A DNA stretch of 7,126 nt. Origin: an archaeon (GTDB taxonomy: Archaea; Iainarchaeota; Iainarchaeia; Iainarchaeales; CSSED10-239). The position numbers and the translations under genes were made by a program. Below are positions 1 to 6,214 of the stretch, in pieces; within the stretch, counting starts at the first letter, position 1, and every line of letters begins with the position of its first letter. The notes beneath the pieces were generated by a model. The model made no database searches. It saw nothing but the letters and a program-made list of their open reading frames with translations, and had not been told where the DNA came from. Location of the stretch: contig JBAWVI010000049.1 in assembly GCA_037147375.1 (NCBI GenBank), positions 1 to 7,126 on the forward strand. The letters run 5' to 3'.

Positions 1-11
1 TATACATATAG

Positions 12-20
12 TATATAACT
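12..20 (+). promoter_or_regulatory. Candidate archaeal TATA-box-like element upstream of the large ORF
   Basis: tatataact lies at 12-20, roughly 35-40 nt upstream of the ATG at 53. It is bracketed by a 7-bp inverted repeat, ataacta (15-21) / tagttat (30-36). Such matches are frequent in this AT-rich background, so support is weak. Confidence 0.25.
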
Positions 21-31
21 ATAAGTTTGTA

Positions 32-59
32 GTTATTTATGAAAAGTTATTTATGAAAA
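32..59 (+). repeat. Perfect 14-nt tandem duplication (gttatttatgaaaa x2) spanning the start codon of the large ORF
   Basis: Positions 32-45 and 46-59 are identical by direct reading. Each copy contains an ATG (39-41 and 53-55). Confidence 0.9.
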
Positions 60-3000
60 AAGATAAGACATCAACTAATACAAGAGATGAAAAGAACAGT
101 GATACAGGTATCACTTTAAAGAAGATTGATTCAACTATAAGTGTATCTGATAATAATGATATTTCTGAAAAAGTAGATATTTCTCAAGAAATCACTTCAA
201 AGGTATCTTCTTCTATTGAGGTTACTGATGATGAAAGTAAGGAAAATATTTCAAAATATATACCCTTAAAAACAAGAACAATTAAGAAAAAAATAGTTGT
301 TTATGATTATGGCAAGCATAATCAAGATAATAAAAAAATAGAGCTCAATGATGTTAAGCTTCCTAAAATTAAACTTGTAAATGATGATGAAGAAAATTCG
401 AAGTCACTAAATCCAGATGGGTCTATTAAAAAGAAAGAAGATCCAACAGTTCAAATTAAAAGAATGGTTGTTGATGTTGAAGATAAGCCACATGTTCTTC
501 CTCCTAAAAATATTTCAAGTGAACCACCAAAGATCGAAGATGTAAAACCAATTATTTCTGTTACAGATATTTCAAAAGAAATATTTGATAATTTAGATAA
601 TCAGGTTCCTGTATCAGCTCCTTTTGTTGATACACCAGATTTACAACCAGCAGAACCAAAGATTGAAGATAATAAACCAATCATTCCAGTTACTGAAATT
701 TCAAAAGAAATATTTGATAATTTAGATAATCAGGTTCCTGTATCAGTTCCTTCTTTTGATACAAATGATTTAGATAAAACTGAAACAAAATTATTACAAG
801 AAGAACCTGAATTAATACCTACACAAGAACCAATGATTGTTCCTCAAGAATTTCCAGAAGTTGTTCCTCAAGAACTTCCTATGATTATTCCTCAGGAATT
901 GCCTGAAGTTATTCCTCAAGAATTACCAGCAATCATTCCTCAAGAACTTCTAACTGAGGTTTATGATTTTAAACCAGATGGAATACATGAACTTCCAGTA
1001 TCTATTCCACTTGATAAACTTCCTGAAACTTTAGAAAAACAATTCTTAGAAAAACAACAAAAAGAATTACAAGAAAGAATACAAAAAGAAATTGAAGATA
1101 CTTTAAAAGAAAGATATAATAAACTTGATTTAAAAAATGTAACTGTTGTTATTGAAGATAAAATAGTAAATGATAAAATAAATGAAACAATTCCTAAAAA
1201 ACCAGAAATTAAAATAATTATTGTTGAAGATATTAATAAATTATTATTAGAGCTTGATGAAAGAACAAAAACATTAATCTCTGATGACACTATGCTTGAA
1301 TTATATAGTTTTAGAGGTGAACTTCCAAAGGTAAGTAAAATATCCTATAAAACATATAATATTCAAAATTTATATTCAAAGATTGATGACCTTTCAAAAA
1401 TTGCAAAACAAAATTCAGCAAATGCTCAAATAAAGGTTAGTGATATTTCAGATACACAAATCCCACTTAGTTCAAAACAAAAATTTAAACAAGAACTTAA
1501 TGAAGATGCAATTATTGAAGAATTAATGATTCCAGAAATTATTCCAATTAAAGACAACATAACAGATATAGATAGTTTGGTTAATAATAAATTTAGCGAA
1601 TCAATTGAACTTAGAGACGAAAGTATGCAAATACCAACCTTTGTAGATTCAAAGTCTGGACCTGAATTAAATAAAAAGGTTCAGGATAATCTAAAAACAA
1701 TAAACGAAAATAAATTAAAAAAAGAACAAAGCAAACAAAATACTCAAAAACATAAATCCATTAATTCAATTGTGGATAGTAAGAAGGTTACTCCAACAAC
1801 ACAAAATCAAGAACATAAACAAAAGGAAATAGATCCAAGAATATCTCTTCTTGAAAAAGAATTAAAGGAAGAAAAAGAAAGATTTGATTCCTTTATTAGA
1901 CAAGAAAGAGATAAGCCAGTAAAAACTACAACTAATGAAATAGATCCAAAAACATATCTTCTTGAAAAAGAACTAAAGGAAGAGAAAGAAAGATTTAATA
2001 ATTATTTAAATCAAGAAATGAATAAGCCTATAGAAGCAAAAGAAATTAATCCTAGAGCACAAGTTCCAACAAATGAACCAACAGGAATAAATGCACCTAG
2101 AAAAGAGCAAAAACCAGAAAATGAAATTTATATAAATAAAGATCAAGTTCCAAAAAGTCAAGAAAAAGGAGTATCTTATATTCTTCCAAAGGATGCTAAA
2201 ATAAACTTTTCAAAAAATGCAGGGTATGTTGGACTTGAAGGCGTACAATCTACACCTCATACATTTAATTTTGAAAAAAATAAAATGCAATCTTTGGTTT
2301 ATTCAACACCAATGAATATTCTTGATTCAGATATAACAAAAGTATTTGAAAAGTATTCTCTTGATGATTTCACGTATGTTACAATTTCTTATATTAAGGG
2401 TAAAGGTTTATTCTATAACATGATTCAATTAGAATTAACTCCAGAGCAAAATAAAGTATTTTATGAAATTAAAAAAATATTTTTCAATTCAATAGATCAA
2501 AACTATTATACATTTAATGGAGATAAATACACTCTTGATCAATATACTCAAAAGATATTTGATATTTCTTTATCTAAACTATCTTATCAAGTTAATTCAC
2601 TTGATAAAAAATTATTTTATAAGTTCATACAAAGAGAATTTTCTGGACTTGGAATATTAACTGCACTATTATCTGATAAAAAGGTTCTTGAAGTTTCTTG
2701 TGCAGGAGAAAAAACAAGTGTTGTAGTGTACCATATGGAATACGGTACTCTTGAAACAAATATAAATTTTGATAATATAAATAAATTAAATCAATTTGTT
2801 CTTCTTTTAACTAAAAACATGGGGCTTTATGTAAACTCATCACACCCAATAATTGAAGGTTACCTTCCAAATGGATATAAGGTTGAGGGTTTATTTTCTG
2901 CAGGAGAACTAAGTAGCAAAGGTTCTTCATTTGTTATTAAGAAGTACTTAGATGCACCAATAACTCCAACCTCATTAATTAAAGCTGGAGTTGGAACTAT

Positions 3001-3682
3001 TGATGTGTTTGCTTATATTTGGAGTGCAATAAATGAAGATTATAAAATCATACTAACTGGTGATGATACTTCGTTTATATTCCTAAACTCAGTTGGTCTC
3101 TTATATCCTGATAAGAAAATAATTTCTGTTCAATCATATGATAGAATTAAGTTGCCACAAAAGCAATGGATAAAAAGAGTTGTTACTGGAAATGAAGAAG
3201 TGGATAAAAAAACAATAATACAACACACAGTGTCTGAAAGACCAGATTATATCTTTGTTGATGAATTTGGAAGTGATGTGTTTGATGTTCCATGGTATGC
3301 AATAAATTTATTTTATGTAACTTACAACCAAGTTCCACAATTAAGAGAAAACATAAGAACTATGGGTCAAAAAGCAATAATTATTGAATTACAAAAGCTT
3401 AAGATTGGATATAGTGAAAACACACAGATAATAAAAATTGAAGAAATTGTAGATAGAAACGATTTTATAACAATTGAGCTTTCAACTAAGGATAAAGCAT
3501 ACCATATGAATTTATTATCATCAACAATTGATATTGTTAATTTCAATAAGAGAAGGAAATACATGAGATGGTTAAGTGACACTAATATGGTTGACTATCG
3601 TGATTTTAATAATATAGTTAATGAGTTTTATGTTAACGAAGAAAAAGTTATAAAAAGATTAGGAATAGATATAACTGCATAA
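53..3682 (+). CDS. Giant FlaI/PilB/GspE-family (type II/IV secretion NTPase) homolog with degenerate nucleotide-binding motifs and a ~730-aa repeat-rich N-terminal extension; predicted pseudo-ATPase
   Basis: Uninterrupted 1209-codon ORF. From about aa 740 the sequence follows the FlaI-type layout: YSLDDFTYVTISYIKGKG...ELTPEQ (FlaI N-terminal domain pattern), FSGLGILTALLSDKKVLEVSCAG...VVVYH, IIEGYLPNGYKVEGLF, SSKGSSFVIKKY...ITPTSLI, FAYIWSAINEDYKIILTG. The expected GxxGxGK[ST] position reads GDDTSFIF. Confidence 0.85.
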   Translation: MKKDKTSTNTRDEKNSDTGITLKKIDSTISVSDNNDISEKVDISQEITSKVSSSIEVTDDESKENISKYIPLKTRTIKKKIVVYDYGKHNQDNKKIELNDVKLPKIKLVNDDEENSKSLNPDGSIKKKEDPTVQIKRMVVDVEDKPHVLPPKNISSEPPKIEDVKPIISVTDISKEIFDNLDNQVPVSAPFVDTPDLQPAEPKIEDNKPIIPVTEISKEIFDNLDNQVPVSVPSFDTNDLDKTETKLLQEEPELIPTQEPMIVPQEFPEVVPQELPMIIPQELPEVIPQELPAIIPQELLTEVYDFKPDGIHELPVSIPLDKLPETLEKQFLEKQQKELQERIQKEIEDTLKERYNKLDLKNVTVVIEDKIVNDKINETIPKKPEIKIIIVEDINKLLLELDERTKTLISDDTMLELYSFRGELPKVSKISYKTYNIQNLYSKIDDLSKIAKQNSANAQIKVSDISDTQIPLSSKQKFKQELNEDAIIEELMIPEIIPIKDNITDIDSLVNNKFSESIELRDESMQIPTFVDSKSGPELNKKVQDNLKTINENKLKKEQSKQNTQKHKSINSIVDSKKVTPTTQNQEHKQKEIDPRISLLEKELKEEKERFDSFIRQERDKPVKTTTNEIDPKTYLLEKELKEEKERFNNYLNQEMNKPIEAKEINPRAQVPTNEPTGINAPRKEQKPENEIYINKDQVPKSQEKGVSYILPKDAKINFSKNAGYVGLEGVQSTPHTFNFEKNKMQSLVYSTPMNILDSDITKVFEKYSLDDFTYVTISYIKGKGLFYNMIQLELTPEQNKVFYEIKKIFFNSIDQNYYTFNGDKYTLDQYTQKIFDISLSKLSYQVNSLDKKLFYKFIQREFSGLGILTALLSDKKVLEVSCAGEKTSVVVYHMEYGTLETNINFDNINKLNQFVLLLTKNMGLYVNSSHPIIEGYLPNGYKVEGLFSAGELSSKGSSFVIKKYLDAPITPTSLIKAGVGTIDVFAYIWSAINEDYKIILTGDDTSFIFLNSVGLLYPDKKIISVQSYDRIKLPQKQWIKRVVTGNEEVDKKTIIQHTVSERPDYIFVDEFGSDVFDVPWYAINLFYVTYNQVPQLRENIRTMGQKAIIIELQKLKIGYSENTQIIKIEEIVDRNDFITIELSTKDKAYHMNLLSSTIDIVNFNKRRKYMRWLSDTNMVDYRDFNNIVNEFYVNEEKVIKRLGIDITA
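521..781 (+). repeat. In-frame tandem duplication (~129-132 nt, two copies) encoding EP(P)KIED-KPII-VT-ISKEIFDNLDNQVPVS...
   Basis: Copy 1 starts at 521 and copy 2 at 653. A 49-nt core (atttcaaaagaaatatttgataatttagataatcaggttcctgtatcag) is perfectly identical at 569-617 and 698-746. Confidence 0.9.
800..961 (+). repeat. In-frame 24-nt (8-aa) tandem repeat, about 6-7 units, encoding PQE(L/F)P-x-(I/V)(I/V)
   Basis: Translation: EEPELIPTQEPMIVPQEFPEVVPQELPMIIPQELPEVIPQELPAIIPQELLTEV. The DNA unit attcctcaagaa... recurs with a 24-nt period. Confidence 0.9.
1826..2056 (+). repeat. In-frame ~111-nt (37-aa) tandem repeat, two full copies plus a partial third
   Basis: EIDPRISLLEKELKEEKERFDSFIRQERDKPVKTTTN starts at 1826 and EIDPKTYLLEKELKEEKERFNNYLNQEMNKPIEAK at 1937. 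A third initiation, EINPR, starts at 2042. Confidence 0.85.
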
Positions 3683-3706
3683 ATTAAATTATAAAGAGTA
3701 AAAAAT

Positions 3707-4552
3707 ATGTTTGGAAAAATATTTACGAAACTATCCACCTATTTTCTAGGGGAATTAGTTTCAAGATTTGAAAATAGATTTAAGAATTTCTCAAAGGTAT
3801 TAACTTATGCAAACATAAATGAAGACCCTACAACATATATATCAAATTCCTTATTTGCTTCTTTTCTTCTTTTCCTATTCTTAGAATTTGGAACTATTTT
3901 AATGATGATTAGACTAAATATTATGTTTGGTTTATTTTCATTTTTAATAACTATTTTATTATCTTTTACGTTTGCAGGATTGGTTTTCATACTCTTTTGT
4001 AAGTACCCTTACTACGTACTAGAATCGAAGAAGAAAGAAATTGATTATGAAATTGAAAACTCAATAAGGCACTTATCTGTTTTAGAAGATAAATCTTTAA
4101 CCATAAAGGATATATTAAATATTCTATTAAAACTTGAAAACAATAAACTATTATCTGAAGAAGCACAAAAGATATTAACTCTTTCAAGCATAAATTCAAA
4201 TATTAAAGATACTCTTCGTCAAGTTATTAAAGAAACATATTCTGAACTTGAAAAAAACTTCTTTAGAAGATTAATTGATGTTATTGATAATAAGGATCAA
4301 ATCGGTAAAGTAGTTAATGAATTTTTAGAAAGTCTTGAGCAATTAAGAAAAGAAACTAGTGAACAAAAGAAATCAAGCATAAATCTATTATTTGAAGTAA
4401 ATATATTTTTATTCTTTTTTGTAATTATTTTATTAACTAGTTTGTTTTTAGTTTCTCTTGATCAACAAACAATTAGAAGCTTATTAATGTTTATTGCAAT
4501 TGTGTTTCCTATAGTTGAATTTGTTTTAGTAGTTATATTATTTAAAGGTTAA
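3707..4552 (+). CDS. Polytopic membrane protein with one type II secretion system F (FlaJ/TadB/PilC-like) platform domain
   Basis: 281-aa ORF starting 24 nt after the ATPase-like gene. Layout: N-terminal cytoplasmic segment, a hydrophobic block (about aa 48-97), a ~125-aa charged helical region (EIDYEIENSIRHLSVLEDKSLTIKDILNILLKL...) and C-terminal TM helices. This TM / helical bundle / TM pattern and the position next to the ATPase are typical of T2SSF platform proteins. Confidence 0.7.
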   Translation: MFGKIFTKLSTYFLGELVSRFENRFKNFSKVLTYANINEDPTTYISNSLFASFLLFLFLEFGTILMMIRLNIMFGLFSFLITILLSFTFAGLVFILFCKYPYYVLESKKKEIDYEIENSIRHLSVLEDKSLTIKDILNILLKLENNKLLSEEAQKILTLSSINSNIKDTLRQVIKETYSELEKNFFRRLIDVIDNKDQIGKVVNEFLESLEQLRKETSEQKKSSINLLFEVNIFLFFFVIILLTSLFLVSLDQQTIRSLLMFIAIVFPIVEFVLVVILFKG

Positions 4553-4573
4553 TTTAGATAAAATGGATAATTT

Positions 4574-5722
4574 ATGACAGAGATGAAATTTAAGCCAAGT
4601 AAACTAGAAGATGAGTTTACGTTATTTTTCTATAGTCATGAATATGATGTGTTAGAAATTGCTGGTATTCTCTCTGGGTTATTAATTATATTTATTACAA
4701 ACAGATTCTTTTTTCTAAGCTCTATTTATTATTTATTATTAATATTTGGAATTGTTGTTTGTTCACTTGGGTTCTTGCTTGAATATGTAATTAAATTTGC
4801 TAAAAAGAAAGCAATTGAACTTGAATTTGGATACTTTCTTCAAGATCTTTCAAGAGAGTATAAAAACACAAAAAATTTATCTATTGCAATAACTAATATT
4901 TCTAATAATAATACCTATGGTTCTGTGGACTCAGAGATTAGACGTATAGCAACTAGACTATCTTGGGGTGATGATTTCTATAATGCTTTATTATCAGTAA
5001 ATAAGGAAATAAGAAGTCCAATAATTCATCATACTCTTGTATTACTTGATACATTTAAAACAAGTGAGGTTCCTTTAAATAGAATTCTATTAAACATTTC
5101 AAAAGATATTTCTATTTATAGAGAAGAAAACTTAAAAAAGAAATATTTTAAGAATCTTTATTACTTAGCAATTGTTTTCTTTTCAATCTTCTTATTTGTA
5201 TTAGTTTATTTTGATTTACTTATTGGTAGAAATTTCTTATGGTATTCTACTACTGATGTAGTAACTAGAATATTCATTGATAATTTCTTATTGTATATTG
5301 GTTTGTTATTATCTTTCTTTACTGCATTTGTAATGCATTCTATTAAAGGAGGTAAGAGTATAGACTTCTTAAAATATATTGGTGTGTTCTTTATAATCGT
5401 AATTGTTTTATTTCAAGTGTTTATTCCAAAACCAACTGCAGATGATGTTCTTATTGAAAGTATAAATCATATGAAAGAGAGTGGAGAAACAAATATAGTT
5501 TTAGAAAGGATAATTTCTCTTGAATCAATTAGTTCAAAGTATATTAGTGAGAATGTTAGAACTGATCAAATTTATTTCATTAATGGAAAGACAAGAAGTA
5601 CTTGTGATATTAAGTGTATAGAATACACTATCTTAGTTGATGATGCTACATTCTATAATTTTAATATAATTAGAGATGGAGATAAATTTATTATTTATTA
5701 TTATGTAGTTATTGAATTGTAA
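4574..5722 (+). CDS. Polytopic membrane protein with one type II secretion system F (FlaJ/TadC/PilC-like) platform domain plus a ~95-aa C-terminal non-membrane extension
   Basis: 382-aa ORF starting 21 nt after the previous gene. Two N-terminal TM helices are followed by a cytoplasmic segment (FGYFLQDLSREYKNTKNLSIAITNIS...GSVDSEIRRIATRLSWGDDFYNALLSV) that fits the T2SSF pattern (hP-x-hL-x-hL...G-x-s-h-x-x-A-h ... G-x-x-h-x-x-A-L). About three more TM helices follow, then a soluble Cys-containing tail. Confidence 0.75.
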   Translation: MTEMKFKPSKLEDEFTLFFYSHEYDVLEIAGILSGLLIIFITNRFFFLSSIYYLLLIFGIVVCSLGFLLEYVIKFAKKKAIELEFGYFLQDLSREYKNTKNLSIAITNISNNNTYGSVDSEIRRIATRLSWGDDFYNALLSVNKEIRSPIIHHTLVLLDTFKTSEVPLNRILLNISKDISIYREENLKKKYFKNLYYLAIVFFSIFLFVLVYFDLLIGRNFLWYSTTDVVTRIFIDNFLLYIGLLLSFFTAFVMHSIKGGKSIDFLKYIGVFFIIVIVLFQVFIPKPTADDVLIESINHMKESGETNIVLERIISLESISSKYISENVRTDQIYFINGKTRSTCDIKCIEYTILVDDATFYNFNIIRDGDKFIIYYYVVIEL

Positions 5723-5733
5723 TTTAATCATAC

Positions 5734-5747
5734 TATATATAATATAA
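5734..5747 (+). promoter_or_regulatory. Candidate TATA-like element in the 79-nt gap upstream of the DUF192-like gene
   Basis: tatatataatataa lies ~55-68 nt upstream of the TTG start. This is the largest intergenic gap so far in the cluster. Specificity is low in AT-rich DNA. Confidence 0.25.
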
Positions 5748-5788
5748 TGAATAATATGTTTTCTCACAAACAAAGTTAATGAAAAGTA

Positions 5789-5794
5789 AGGTGA
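5789..5794 (+). promoter_or_regulatory. Shine-Dalgarno-like ribosome binding site (aGGTGa) for the TTG-initiated DUF192-like gene
   Basis: GGTG at 5790-5793 sits 8 nt upstream of TTG 5802. The first in-frame ATG is the Met of the conserved GLM motif, about 28 codons downstream of the TTG. Starting there would delete the conserved N-terminal strand and the G and L of that motif. Confidence 0.55.
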
Positions 5795-5801
5795 ATTTAA
5801 T

Positions 5802-6152
5802 TTGTTATATAATGTTTCAAAGAAGAAAACAATTCTTAATAAAGTTAAGATTGCAGACACTGAATTTAAGCAAGCTCTTGGACTTATGTTTTCAAGAAGA
5901 AGTAAGTTTAATTATTGTTTAATATTTTCAAGACCAACTTCATCAATTATAGGTTCATCTATACATATGATGTTTGTGTTTTATCCAATCACAGTTATCT
6001 TTCTTGATGAAAATAAGAAAGTAGTTGATATTAAAAAGAAAGTAATTCCATTTTGGTTTTATGCTCCTAAGAAACCAGCAAAGTATATACTTGAAATGCC
6101 TACAAGTACAAACATAAATTCCGTAAATGTAAATGATAGATTTAAATGGTAA
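5802..6152 (+). CDS. DUF192 (COG1430-like) family small protein
   Basis: 116 aa. The pattern matches the DUF192 layout as I recall it: V-x-h-A-x-T-x-x-x-x-x-x-GLM near the N-terminus (VKIADTEFKQALGLMF), a central hMhxxxxPhxhhFhDxxxxVV block (HMMFVFYPITVIFLDENKKVVDI) and a C-terminal A-x-YhLEh block (AKYILEMP). Confidence 0.65.
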   Translation: MLYNVSKKKTILNKVKIADTEFKQALGLMFSRRSKFNYCLIFSRPTSSIIGSSIHMMFVFYPITVIFLDENKKVVDIKKKVIPFWFYAPKKPAKYILEMPTSTNINSVNVNDRFKW

Positions 6153-6161
6153 TTAGTCTAG

Positions 6162-6170
6162 TATATATTT
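6162..6170 (+). promoter_or_regulatory. Candidate TATA-like element upstream of the pilin-like gene
   Basis: tatatattt lies ~45-53 nt upstream of ATG 6215, within a 62-nt intergenic gap. Specificity is low. Confidence 0.25.
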
Positions 6171-6214
6171 GTATTTTTGTATTAAGAGATACAATTATAA
6201 AAGAGAAGTAATTA

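Larger units (their letters stand above)
53..2250 (+). other. Low-complexity, K/E/D/N/P/I-rich N-terminal extension of the ATPase-like ORF
   Basis: There is no hydrophobic (TM or signal) segment. Three separate tandem repeat families and coiled-coil-like K/E/L/Q stretches are present (e.g. LEKQFLEKQQKELQERIQKEIEDTLKERYNKL). I recognise no known domain. The 2250 boundary is approximate. Confidence 0.6.

Noticed and set aside
15-36. 7-bp inverted repeat ataacta / tagttat with an 8-nt spacer, as a possible operator overlapping the promoter
   Set aside because: It is short and AT-only, so it is expected by chance in this composition. I mention it in the promoter evidence but do not call it a binding site.
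961-1290. 109-aa minus-strand ORF inside the large + strand gene
   Set aside because: It lies entirely antisense to a long, homology-supported ORF. Its translation is low-complexity S/L/I/F-rich, typical of shadow ORFs in AT-rich DNA, and I see no recognisable motifs or start context.
3367-3582. 71-aa minus-strand ORF antisense to the 3' end of the ATPase-like gene
   Set aside because: It is a shadow ORF within a coding region whose + frame aligns to a known family. It is low-complexity and hydrophobic, with no independent support.
2286-3682. Alternative gene model in which the ATPase-like core is a separate gene starting at the internal Met (MQSLVYSTP...)
   Set aside because: No stop codon separates it from the upstream 740 codons, and no RBS or promoter-like signal stands out ahead of 2286. 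The single long ORF is the simplest model. An internal-initiation isoform cannot be excluded and is listed as a check under the N-terminal extension finding.
3805-4199. Two short minus-strand ORFs (61 and 70 aa) antisense to the first platform gene
   Set aside because: Both are fully embedded antisense in a well-supported membrane-protein ORF. They are short, and their composition reflects only the reverse complement of the coding strand's codon bias.
5747-5779. 10-codon + strand mini-ORF (MNNMFSHKQS*) in the intergenic gap before the DUF192-like gene
   Set aside because: It is too short, has no RBS and shows no evidence of conservation. It is most likely a chance ORF.
5633-5860. 75-aa minus-strand ORF spanning the gap between the second platform gene and the DUF192-like gene
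   Set aside because: It overlaps the 3' end of one + strand gene and the RBS and start of the next. It would have to be transcribed against the whole cluster, its translation has no features, and AT-rich intergenic DNA readily yields such frames.
6174-6178. T5 run after the DUF192-like gene as a possible archaeal oligo-T terminator
   Set aside because: A single short T-run in DNA this AT-rich has almost no specificity, and it would sit between the candidate TATA element and the pilin start. I cannot support it as a terminator.
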